A stretch of DNA of 32,000 nucleotides from NCBI RefSeq assembly GCF_014651635.1, contig NZ_BMXG01000008.1, positions 46,607 through 78,606 of the forward strand, given 5' to 3'. Of the stretch, positions 18,035 through 26,157 are shown piece after piece. Below the pieces are notes generated by a model. It was given only the letters and a program-made list of their open reading frames with translations, was not told the origin of the DNA and did no database searches. This DNA is from Cerasicoccus arenae (lineage in GTDB: Bacteria; Verrucomicrobiota; Verrucomicrobiia; Opitutales; Cerasicoccaceae). Positions within the stretch are counted from its first letter, which is position 1; every line of letters begins with the position of its first letter. A program made the position numbers and the translations under genes.

Positions 18035-18742
18035 TTAGTTTGAAAGAGCGGTTTTTATTTGGTCATAATCGCTGAGAGGCAATACGCCACCGATTCTACG
18101 AATAACAAAACCCGCAGTGGAAAATTCATTCTCAATAACGATATTGGGAGTATCTCCCGAAGGAGGTCCAGGTCGACCGGAAGCAACGACGAATGTCAGA
18201 CCAGCAAAGCTCTGTCCAGTATCACTTCTAGCAGAGCCGCTACTGTCGAATGAGTAATAATACCAAGTGTCTTTGTCTCCACTGCTCACAGGGTATGCAA
18301 TGGATTCCTTTGGCGCGTCTTCACTCTCCATAATTGGCCCAGATACGGCATCGCCTTTAGTTACCATCGAACCAACCGCGCCATCAGGGATGTAATAGGT
18401 ACCAGCAGGCAGATAAACGCCCGAATTGGCTCCAACCCACTCACTGTTTTCTTCGTCCCAATAAACAACGCCCATGTAGCGTAAATATTTGGCTTCTTGG
18501 TCTGCGCCATCGCCACCAGCGTAGATAATAACCCGTGCTTCGGTCCGACGCATCGAGGCCACGGTACGAGCAGCTTGGAAAACACCCGTTGCGGCGCTTT
18601 GTGCAGCACGTAAAGATGAGCCTTCGTTCGGCTTCAAGCTTACACCAATAATGGCGGCCATAATGCCGATAATTGCAACAACCGCTAAAAGCTCAACGAG
18701 GGAAAAGCCGCTTCGGCGGATAATTTTGCCATTAAAACTCAT
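18035..18742 (-). CDS. Prepilin-type N-terminal cleavage/methylation domain protein (GspH-like), gene 3
   Basis: ATG 18742 gives MSFNGKIIRRSG|FSLVELLAVVAIIGIMAAI. It starts 1 nt after the upstream gene's stop. The track's longer start (18868) would overlap gene 2. Confidence 0.8.
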   Translation of the reverse strand: MSFNGKIIRRSGFSLVELLAVVAIIGIMAAIIGVSLKPNEGSSLRAAQSAATGVFQAARTVASMRRTEARVIIYAGGDGADQEAKYLRYMGVVYWDEENSEWVGANSGVYLPAGTYYIPDGAVGSMVTKGDAVSGPIMESEDAPKESIAYPVSSGDKDTWYYYSFDSSGSARSDTGQSFAGLTFVVASGRPGPPSGDTPNIVIENEFSTAGFVIRRIGGVLPLSDYDQIKTALSN

Positions 18743-18743
18743 A

Positions 18744-19340
18744 TTATTGCCAGCTCCAGATCGTTTCGCCATCTTCAACGCCATCTTCCTGCACCCAGAT
18801 TGCGACTTTCGCGCGAAGATCACCACCATTAGTAGGCTTTGCTTGCTCAGGGAAACTCCCAGAATCAATCATCCCATCACCGTCATGGTCGACCATAATG
18901 TAAATTTCTGGATTATCAAACGCGTCAACCAAGAGGTCAGGATCATCTACTTTAAATTCCGCCTCACCAAATGAATAAAAACCAATATTTTTACGGTTAT
19001 AGGTACTACGATCATTACCAGTCAAGCGGGCACCATCCTTGTCTCTTCCTGAGAGCGCCTTGATGAATTCATCGGTATAACTATCAACGGTAATTGGGCC
19101 ACCATCACTATTAAGAGAGCCTAATTCTGGATAGTAGCCATATTCGGCCTTGTAAGCTTCAAGAGCAGTTGCCCAGCCATTGAACTGTGCACGTGATTGA
19201 GCTTTGAGAGCTGATTTTTTTGCGCCGCCAACGACCGGAATCAGGATACCTGCCAAGATACCAATAATGGCGATCACGGTTAAAAGTTCGACAAGGGTAA
19301 AGCCGGGGTGACGGTGGAGAGGGGTGAGTTGCTTCTTCAT
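18744..19340 (-). CDS. Type II secretion pseudopilin G-like protein, gene 2
   Basis: MKKQLTPLHRHPG|FTLVELLTVIAIIGILAGILIP. It also carries an Asp-rich DHDGDGMIDSG loop that could bind Ca. Confidence 0.8.
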   Translation of the reverse strand: MKKQLTPLHRHPGFTLVELLTVIAIIGILAGILIPVVGGAKKSALKAQSRAQFNGWATALEAYKAEYGYYPELGSLNSDGGPITVDSYTDEFIKALSGRDKDGARLTGNDRSTYNRKNIGFYSFGEAEFKVDDPDLLVDAFDNPEIYIMVDHDGDGMIDSGSFPEQAKPTNGGDLRAKVAIWVQEDGVEDGETIWSWQ

Positions 19341-19346
19341 AATGTT

Positions 19347-19955
19347 TTAAAATTCAAATCCGAAGACCATATTATCGACATTCTTTTCTTCGGCGTCTTC
19401 AAAGTAATCCTGAGATATATTTCCTTCGCTTAGACCTGTCGAGCTATCGGCACCATCAGCACCAACGGAGAGGAGGATGAAGCCAGTGTATGCCCAATTT
19501 CCACCACCTGACGGCTTATAATAGTATTCATAGGGCTGGCCCCAAGGATCGGAGAAATACTCAGCACCATCCCCGTCTTTCATGACGGTAAGTTTGGACG
19601 CATCGATGAATGGAATCTCGCTGCCTGGCTCATCAACTTTGGCTTTACCCGCTTCACTACCTGGCACCATTTTTAATTCACCGACTAGGTGCTTGTAGAG
19701 TTCAGTGCCACCTGTGTCAGCGCCCAGCCATGGATAATCACCGAGCTTCATTCGGTAATTTTCGAGCGCCAAGCCAAGCGTTTGAAGCTCGGACTGGGCT
19801 TTTGAGCGCGCCTGCTTAACTGCAATGCCTCGGCTCAATCCAAAAACGAACCCGGAAAGAATCAGTATGATTGCGAGCACAACCAGTAACTCCACGAGAG
19901 TGAAGCCATTACGGGTTGTTGGACGATGCTGGGGAACGGGGCGGTTATAAAGCAT
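19347..19955 (-). CDS. gspG: Type II secretion major pseudopilin GspG-like protein, gene 1
   Basis: ..TTRNG|FTLVELLVVLAIILILSG plus the GspG-type core motif DPWGQPYEYY. Confidence 0.8.
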   Translation of the reverse strand: MLYNRPVPQHRPTTRNGFTLVELLVVLAIILILSGFVFGLSRGIAVKQARSKAQSELQTLGLALENYRMKLGDYPWLGADTGGTELYKHLVGELKMVPGSEAGKAKVDEPGSEIPFIDASKLTVMKDGDGAEYFSDPWGQPYEYYYKPSGGGNWAYTGFILLSVGADGADSSTGLSEGNISQDYFEDAEEKNVDNMVFGFEF

Positions 19956-20063
19956 GGTTGATCAACTAGGTTGCGTAGCTAGAGCGCAAGTGTCAAATCT
20001 AACTACGTGTACTCATATATCACGCATGGTGCAGGATTGCACCGTTGGTGCCTGAGGGGTGGG

Positions 20064-20930
20064 CTAGATCTTGGTCCCGTCAACTGACACCCGCGCTTTG
20101 AAAGCGTTGAGAACCTGATGGGTTATTTCGCCTGGCTTACCATCACCAATTTCGCGACCGTCAATTTCCACCACGGGAACCACTTCAGCGGCCGTTCCAG
20201 TCAAGAAACATTCCTTTGAAATCCATAAGTCATAGCGCGTCAAATTTGTCTCAACCAATTGAAGTCCAAGCTCTTGTGATATTTCAAACACGGCTTGGCG
20301 CGTAATTCCGGTGAGTGATCCAGAGCTAACTGGGGGCGTAAAGAGCTTACCATGCTGGACAATGAACACGTTGTCGCCAGTGCACTCGGCCACATAGCCT
20401 TGGTCGTTGAGCATAAACGCCTCCACGTAGCCCAAATGGCCCGCTTCGATCTTGGCTAGAATATTGTTCAAGTAGTTCAGGCTCTTGATCATCGGCGGCA
20501 GTGCGGCTGGCCCTAGACGCCGGGTCGCCACCGTGATAACCTTCAGTCCTTCAGTATAGAACTCCTTGGGGTACAACTGGATCTGATCCGCTATAATGAT
20601 CAATTGAGGACGTTCGCAGCTTTTGGGCGACAAGCCTAAGGAACCTACGCCGCGAGAAACAATCAGGCGGATGTAGCCATTGGTCAGGCCATTGACACGA
20701 CAAGACTCGCAGACCGCTTCCGCGATCTCAGCCCGTGACCAGGGCATCGTTAGCATGATCGCACGCGCAGAAAACTCCAGACGCTCCAAATGTTCGTCTA
20801 GCTTGAAGATATTGCCATTGTATAGGCGAATACCCTCAAAAATGCCGTCCCCGTAAAGGAAACCGTGATCAAAAACAGAAACCTTGGCGTCAGCCTGGTC
20901 TACAAATTCACCGTTGATGTATACTTTCAT
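20064..20930 (-). CDS. ilvE: Branched-chain amino acid aminotransferase (fold type IV PLP enzyme)
   Basis: MKVYINGEFVDQADAKVSVFDHGFLYGDGIFEGIR, KSLNYLNNILAKIEA, ECTGDNVFIV, GITR and LTGTAAEVVPV. The ATG is at 20930; the track start 20960 is TTG. Confidence 0.9.
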   Translation of the reverse strand: MKVYINGEFVDQADAKVSVFDHGFLYGDGIFEGIRLYNGNIFKLDEHLERLEFSARAIMLTMPWSRAEIAEAVCESCRVNGLTNGYIRLIVSRGVGSLGLSPKSCERPQLIIIADQIQLYPKEFYTEGLKVITVATRRLGPAALPPMIKSLNYLNNILAKIEAGHLGYVEAFMLNDQGYVAECTGDNVFIVQHGKLFTPPVSSGSLTGITRQAVFEISQELGLQLVETNLTRYDLWISKECFLTGTAAEVVPVVEIDGREIGDGKPGEITHQVLNAFKARVSVDGTKI

Positions 20931-21054
20931 CGCAAAGAAGGCAGTCGATAGCGTGTCCAACGAGCTTTGTCTAGAATTTCCCGTAATATCGCGAATAATT
21001 CCTCATTCTCGCCTTGATTGCCAAGCCATCCTTTTAATATACTGTGTTTCTAGT

Positions 21055-21489
21055 ATGCGAAAAGGGATTTACTGGTTTTTAACAATGGCTGGCGCGGTGA
21101 TGATCGCGCCATCGGCATTACATGCTCAGGTAGCAGAAGCTGCTAGCGTTGTTGATTACAACCCCAACATTCGCCTTCAGGCCTTTTTCGAGGCATTGCC
21201 AAGCGAAATGCAAGAGCGCATCAGCAATTATCGAATCAAGGCAACCGAGGTAGAAGCCGAGGTCGCCGAGTACAATGAGCGTCCTCTCACTGGGTTGCCT
21301 CCATCGTCCTTTAAGTCGGCCCAGCGCAAGCGCATGAAAATTGAAGCACAAATGGCTGGCCTTCGCTTAGAGCAAAAAGCAATTGCTAAGGATTACTACG
21401 ACCTCCTTGCTGGTGGTTGGGAACCACCAAATAATTCAAACATCGTCCGCCTTCTCGTCGCATCGTCCGATGAGCATCCAACTGGCTAA
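21055..21489 (+). CDS. Secreted hypothetical protein (144 aa)
   Basis: ATG 21055 gives MRKGIYWFLTMAGAVMIAPSALHAQ (signal peptide). The track's upstream extension (20884) overlaps ilvE. No motif recognised. Confidence 0.55.
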   Translation: MRKGIYWFLTMAGAVMIAPSALHAQVAEAASVVDYNPNIRLQAFFEALPSEMQERISNYRIKATEVEAEVAEYNERPLTGLPPSSFKSAQRKRMKIEAQMAGLRLEQKAIAKDYYDLLAGGWEPPNNSNIVRLLVASSDEHPTG

Positions 21490-21511
21490 ACGATTGGCGG
21501 AGGCGTCTGCC

Positions 21512-22168
21512 TCACATGCCTGAATAAGCCATCACCTCAAGCAAGGCTTGCTGGATTTTATTAACCGCCTGGCTCAACGCTTGGCCCACAAAGTCCATCT
21601 TGGCAATCGTTTCGATTCGGGCGCGGTGCTGCTCCAGTTCGTGTTCAGAGAACACGACGCTGCTCAGGTCACAAGCATTCATCAGGCAAATAACAACGAC
21701 ATCACGCGGATCGGGTATGGCCTCATGATCAAGCACAACCTCACGGATGCGCAATTTGACCTCCTGTTCCTCCCGATCATCAATAACCGGGTAGCGGCGC
21801 TCCTTGAGCACAAAAAGGAACCGGTGCTCCTCCTGCTGAAGAATGCCACGCTCTTTGAGCTCGTCAAACAAACGAGATTTCCAGGTATCAATATCCGCCG
21901 TTACAGCATTTAGTGCACGCTGGATGCTCAACGGACTTTCTTCGGGGATTTTCGCCAAGACATCGTCGAGCAATTGATCGCCCATTTTCTCACGTGAAAG
22001 CACCTGCAAGCTCTTGTCGTCAGTATCAATTACATTGCTGAAAGCCAACTCCATGATCAAGCCACCGGCAATTGCCAGATTCAGTGAACCTTCGGGCAGC
22101 GCATGGAGTTTGCCGGACTTGTCGTCCAAGGCGAGCAACAGAATTTCTTCGGCGAATCGTAGAGACAT
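21512..22168 (-). CDS. GPP34/GOLPH3 family protein (bacterial homologue)
   Basis: The N-terminus MSLRFAEEILLLALDDKSGKL...LNLAIAGGLIMELAF matches the characteristic GPP34 opening (aEellLLalDd.tGk ... laGa.L.eLa). The ~218-aa length is typical of bacterial members. Confidence 0.7.
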   Translation of the reverse strand: MSLRFAEEILLLALDDKSGKLHALPEGSLNLAIAGGLIMELAFSNVIDTDDKSLQVLSREKMGDQLLDDVLAKIPEESPLSIQRALNAVTADIDTWKSRLFDELKERGILQQEEHRFLFVLKERRYPVIDDREEQEVKLRIREVVLDHEAIPDPRDVVVICLMNACDLSSVVFSEHELEQHRARIETIAKMDFVGQALSQAVNKIQQALLEVMAYSGM

Positions 22169-22349
22169 GCAATCAGCATGAGCAACTTTACCCTTGGGCG
22201 GAAGCTCAAAACACGGCCAGAGTCGAAGTTATCTGAAAGCGGTCTGGTACCATTCATCAACTGCATAAGCGCAATACTAAGATTATTACTCGTAGAAACT
22301 CCGGTCAGATTTTCTTGTGCCCAGCGGAAAAATCTCCCTCACTGACGGC

Positions 22350-23546
22350 ATGGCAAAAGTCATTATTGTAGGAGCAGGCGGCGTAGGTAACGTCGTCGCC
22401 CATAAATGCGCGCAAGCGTCCGACGTTTTCACCGAAATCGTGCTGGCCTCCCGCACCCTTTCCAAATGCGAAGCCATTGCGGCAGATATCCTAGCCAAGC
22501 AGGGTCGTTCCATCCGCGTGGCCAAGATTGACGCCGACGATGTGGCCGCAACAACGCAGTTTCTACTCGATGAGAAGCCAGATTTGCTGCTGAACATCGC
22601 CCTGCCCTATCAGGATTTACCACTCATGGACGCCTGTCTCGCTGCTGGTGTGGACTATCTGGACACCGCCAACTACGAACCGCCAGAAGAAGCGAAGTTT
22701 GAGTATAAATGGCAATGGGCCTACCGCGAGAAATTCGAGCAAGCCGGGCGCATGGCGCTCCTCGGCAGCGGCTTCGACCCCGGCGTCACCAACGTATTCT
22801 GTGCCTACGCGCAAAAACATTACTTCGACGAGATCGAGACAATCGACATCCTCGACGCCAATGCGGGCAACCACGGCTACCATTTTGCGACGAACTTCAA
22901 CCCGGAAATCAATATCCGCGAGATCACGCAGAATGGTCGTTATTGGGAGGAAGGCCAGTGGAAGGAAATCGAGGCCATGAGCGTACACCAGACTTACGAT
23001 TTTCCCGTCGTCGGCCAACAAGAGGCATATCTGCTTTACCACGAGGAGCTTGAGTCGCTCTGCCAGAATATTAAAGGTCTCAAGCGCATCCGCTTCTGGA
23101 TGACTTTTTCTGAAAAATACCTGACACACCTGAAGGTGCTGGAGAACGTTGGTATGACCTCCATTGAGCCGATTGATTTCAATGGCCAACAAATTGCGCC
23201 GATTGAATTCCTCCGCGCAGTTCTGCCCGACCCAGCGTCTCTCGGTCCTCGCACCAAAGGCAAAACCTGCATCGGCTGCGACATCGTCGGCATGAAGGAC
23301 GGCAAAAAGAAGCGCATCTTCATCTACAATGTCTGCGACCACGAGGAATGCTTCGCCGAAGTATCCAGCCAAGCCATTAGCTACACAACCGGTGTTCCAG
23401 CCATGATCGGCGGCATGATGATCCTTTCCGGAAAATGGCGTCAGGACGGCGTGTGGAATATGGAACAGCTTGATCCTGATCCCTTTATGGAACAACTGAA
23501 CCTGCGTGGCCTTCCCTGGCAGGTGCAGGAGCTTCCACTGGGGTGA
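22350..23546 (+). CDS. Carboxynorspermidine/carboxyspermidine dehydrogenase (saccharopine dehydrogenase family)
   Basis: MAKVIIVGAGGVGNVVAHKCAQ (Rossmann), WQWAYREKFEQAG, GSGFDPGVTNVF, FATNFNPE, QAISYTTGVPA, GVWNMEQLDPDPF and WQVQEL are colinear with Vibrio CANSDH as I recall it. The ATG is at 22350; the track start 22317 is GTG. Confidence 0.9.
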   Translation: MAKVIIVGAGGVGNVVAHKCAQASDVFTEIVLASRTLSKCEAIAADILAKQGRSIRVAKIDADDVAATTQFLLDEKPDLLLNIALPYQDLPLMDACLAAGVDYLDTANYEPPEEAKFEYKWQWAYREKFEQAGRMALLGSGFDPGVTNVFCAYAQKHYFDEIETIDILDANAGNHGYHFATNFNPEINIREITQNGRYWEEGQWKEIEAMSVHQTYDFPVVGQQEAYLLYHEELESLCQNIKGLKRIRFWMTFSEKYLTHLKVLENVGMTSIEPIDFNGQQIAPIEFLRAVLPDPASLGPRTKGKTCIGCDIVGMKDGKKKRIFIYNVCDHEECFAEVSSQAISYTTGVPAMIGGMMILSGKWRQDGVWNMEQLDPDPFMEQLNLRGLPWQVQELPLG

Positions 23547-23558
23547 TAGCTGTTCCCC

Positions 23559-24197
23559 GTGGAACCATCTCGCAGCAAAGGTAAGAAGCGTAAACGAAGC
23601 AAAAGTTCGCGCTCTGATAAGCGTCCCCTCACCAAAGAGGCGAAGGTACGGCATGTCAGTGTACATTCTGCGCTGTTGAGCCGACTGACCCCAAGTGGAA
23701 AGGTACGGCCGCTTACTTTCTTGGAAAGGACGCTGCTCTATCTGTTCGGCATTATTTGTCTGGCCGCTATCATCGTGACACTACTTGTCTGGAAATCACG
23801 CAGCACCCCACAGCTTGAGTGGGCTGACCTCGGTAACCTGCCTACCATCGAAGACCATGCACTTGGCGTAAGTAGTGAAGTCAGCCCCGATGATCCTGCC
23901 TACATTGAGCCACTTCTCTGCCGCGGGCATGCGAATTACGCATTGGAGAAAATTGAAGAAATTCTCAGCACTGACAAAGCCTTCCTTAATGTCCGTCGCA
24001 ATGAAACACAGTTGCAAGCCATCGCTATTTCGCCGTGGTTAGGTCTCCAAGACGACATACTGTTTCAAGCAAGGACGGACCCTGAGCGCCTGGAAATCTA
24101 CGCGGCTTCACGCGCTGGCCCAATGGACCTCGGGGCCAATCGAAAAAGAATTGAAGAACTGCGCGAACTCTTGCGCCAATTGCACGTCGTAAAATAG
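23559..24197 (+). CDS. Membrane-anchored DUF1499-like protein with a highly basic N-terminal tail
   Basis: GTG start 12 nt after the CANSDH stop; there is no in-frame ATG before residue ~190. The N-terminus is SRSKGKKRKRSKSSRSDKRP and the TM helix is LLYLFGIICLAAIIVTLLVW. The C-terminal ..SPWLGLQDDILF..IYAASRAGPMDLGANRKRIEELRELL resembles the DUF1499 signature (S..GF.DD ... SR.G..D.G.NR.R.E.L). Confidence 0.55.
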   Translation: MEPSRSKGKKRKRSKSSRSDKRPLTKEAKVRHVSVHSALLSRLTPSGKVRPLTFLERTLLYLFGIICLAAIIVTLLVWKSRSTPQLEWADLGNLPTIEDHALGVSSEVSPDDPAYIEPLLCRGHANYALEKIEEILSTDKAFLNVRRNETQLQAIAISPWLGLQDDILFQARTDPERLEIYAASRAGPMDLGANRKRIEELRELLRQLHVVK

Positions 24198-24233
24198 CAT
24201 GACCTTCCCGCATATAAGTTAATGCTCAAATGG

Positions 24234-24249
24234 AATCAACTGGTTGATT
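24234..24249 (+). promoter_or_regulatory. Perfect 7-bp inverted repeat AATCAAC-TG-GTTGATT upstream of nspC (possible operator)
   Basis: Read directly from the sequence. It lies 56-71 nt upstream of the nspC ATG, downstream of a TATAAG hexamer at 24213-24218. Confidence 0.25.
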
Positions 24250-24290
24250 TAATTCTTTAACCACGCTAACGCCTTAAATCACCCAATTTG

Positions 24291-24299
24291 CCCCCCCCC
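24291..24299 (+). repeat. C9 homopolymer ending 5 nt upstream of the nspC ATG
   Basis: ttgCCCCCCCCCtctctATG counted directly. It occupies the position where a ribosome-binding site would normally sit. Confidence 0.95.
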
Positions 24300-24304
24300 T
24301 CTCT

Positions 24305-25522
24305 ATGTCGCAAGATCCTACACCGCCACTCACGCCTGAACGCCTGCAAGCCCTGCGAGATATTCCTGTCGCCGAGACTCCGTCGCCGTGCTTTGTCATC
24401 AACCTCGACCGACTGGAGGACAACTGCCGCATCCTCGCCAGTGTCCGCGAACGCACGGACGCAAAAGTCCTGCTCGCACAAAAGGGCTTCTCCATGCACG
24501 CGACTTATCCTCTGCTCGCACGCTACCTCGACGGCTCCACCGCTAGTGGCCTGCACGAAGCGCTACTTGCCAAAGAATACTTTGGCAAAGAGGTCCACGT
24601 TTATTCAGCAGCCTTTAAGGAAAATGAGATCGCTGCATTGGGCCGTTTCGCGCATACGCTCGTCTTTAATTCCGTCCGCCAATGGCGACGCCACCAGCCA
24701 GCATTGGATGCATTGCAACGCAAAGTCGAACTCGGCCTCCGCGTTAATCCTGAGCATTCTGAAGTCGAAACCGACCTCTACAACCCAGCCTCGCCGTGCT
24801 CTCGCCTTGGCATCACTCGCGCCGAACTTGACCGCCAAATGGCGGAAGCTGGCCTTGCCGATTTAAGCGGCCTCGATGGCCTGCATTTTCACGCTCTTTG
24901 TGAGCAGGACGCCGACGCGCTGGAAGGTGTCGCCCACGCCTTCGCGGACAAATTTGGCGACTTGATTGAATCAACGAAATTGAAATGGCTGAACTTCGGC
25001 GGCGGACATCACATCACCCGTCCTGGCTATGACCTCGACCGCCTCTGCCGCGTCGTCACGGAGTTCAAGGAACGTTACGGCCTAGACATTTATCTAGAAC
25101 CCGGCGAAGCCGTTGCCCTGCATACTGGCGTGCTCATTGCGACTGTGCTGGACGTCCTAGAGGCCAATGGCGTACAAAATGCGATCCTTGATGTCTCCGC
25201 GACTTGCCACATGCCCGACGTCTTGGAGATGCCTTACCGGCCCAATATCTTAGATGCCGGCCTCCCCCAAGAGCGCACGCACACCTATCGCTTGGGCGGC
25301 CCCAGTTGCCTCGCAGGAGATGTCATTGGGGACTATAGTTTCGATGCGCCGCTTGAGATAGGCCAGCGCCTTGTTTTCCTCGACATGGCCCACTACACAA
25401 TGGTCAAGACCTCAACTTTCAACGGTGTCCCCTTGCCTTCTCTCGCCACTTATAGCGAGCGTGACGGGCTGCGAGTCGTCCGAAAATTCGGCTACCGCGA
25501 TTTTGCCGAGCGACTGAGTTGA
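24305..25522 (+). CDS. nspC: Carboxynorspermidine/carboxyspermidine decarboxylase
   Basis: PCFVINLDRLEDNCRIL, AKVLLAQKGFS, YLEPGEAV, GGPSCLAGDVIGDYSF and YTMVKTSTFNGVPLPS are colinear with Vibrio NspC as I recall it. Confidence 0.9.
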   Translation: MSQDPTPPLTPERLQALRDIPVAETPSPCFVINLDRLEDNCRILASVRERTDAKVLLAQKGFSMHATYPLLARYLDGSTASGLHEALLAKEYFGKEVHVYSAAFKENEIAALGRFAHTLVFNSVRQWRRHQPALDALQRKVELGLRVNPEHSEVETDLYNPASPCSRLGITRAELDRQMAEAGLADLSGLDGLHFHALCEQDADALEGVAHAFADKFGDLIESTKLKWLNFGGGHHITRPGYDLDRLCRVVTEFKERYGLDIYLEPGEAVALHTGVLIATVLDVLEANGVQNAILDVSATCHMPDVLEMPYRPNILDAGLPQERTHTYRLGGPSCLAGDVIGDYSFDAPLEIGQRLVFLDMAHYTMVKTSTFNGVPLPSLATYSERDGLRVVRKFGYRDFAERLS

Positions 25523-25540
25523 AAATGCTGAAAGCATTTT
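25522..25540 (+). promoter_or_regulatory. Perfect 8-bp stem hairpin AAAATGCT-GAA-AGCATTTT between nspC and sodN
   Basis: It begins at the last base of the nspC TGA. The stem is AT-rich with the T-run inside the stem. It could be a weak terminator/attenuator or a protein-binding palindrome. A TTGACT hexamer (25539-25544) overlaps its 3' arm. Confidence 0.3.
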
Positions 25541-25559
25541 GACTTTCCACGGAGTCTGA

Positions 25560-26087
25560 TTGAAACTCGTTGGCATGAAGACAAACACCATCGCTCAATC
25601 ATTCCTTTCCATATTCGTCGTTGCCGCGGCGTTGTTGTTCGCACCTGCGAACGCATCAGCACATTGCCAGATCCCATGCGGGATATACGACGACAGCGCA
25701 GAACTCAACAGGATGCTACTTGATGCAACCACGATTAAAAAATCCGTAACTGAGATCAACAATCTGGCTGGCAAAACCGACCCGCAATCCGTCAATCAGC
25801 TTGTGCGCTGGGTCAACAACAAGGACGCACATGCCGATAAGGTGATCGACTCGATCAGCAATTATTTTCTCTGCCAGCGAGTGAAGACCTCGCAAGACGA
25901 TTACACCGAGCGCTTGATCAAACACCACGCCGTGATGGTCGCGGCAATGCAGGCTAAGCAAAACGCCGACCAAGCACACGCCGAAGCCCTCGAAAAAGCA
26001 ATCATGGCGCTGCGCGTGTATTATCCTGAGCACGACCACGCAGCGGAGAAGAGCACAGCACACGACCATGCTGGCCACTCACACTAA
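25560..26087 (+). CDS. sodN: Nickel superoxide dismutase precursor
   Basis: The Ni-hook HCQIPCGIYDD (His codon at 25662-25664) corresponds to the canonical mature N-terminus HCxxPCGxY. It is preceded by the hydrophobic leader ..SIFVVAAALLFAPANASA. The start is TTG 25560 (GGAG lies 5 nt upstream) or ATG 25575. A His-rich C-terminal tail follows. Confidence 0.9.
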   Translation: MKLVGMKTNTIAQSFLSIFVVAAALLFAPANASAHCQIPCGIYDDSAELNRMLLDATTIKKSVTEINNLAGKTDPQSVNQLVRWVNNKDAHADKVIDSISNYFLCQRVKTSQDDYTERLIKHHAVMVAAMQAKQNADQAHAEALEKAIMALRVYYPEHDHAAEKSTAHDHAGHSH

Positions 26088-26157
26088 ACATCTATCTAAA
26101 GCAGGAAGTTCGGTAAGGCAGGAAAGCCTGTGGTAAGCATATCGTCCTTACTTTGTC

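Noticed and set aside
20028-20043. Perfect hairpin GGTGCA-GGAT-TGCACC between ilvE and the pseudopilin operon
   Set aside because: On the transcribed (-) strand no U-tract follows it, so I do not call it an intrinsic terminator. It may still be an RNA stability or processing element.
22617-23666. 349-aa ORF on the - strand
   Set aside because: It is antisense to the strongly supported carboxynorspermidine dehydrogenase gene and is a shadow ORF with no motifs.
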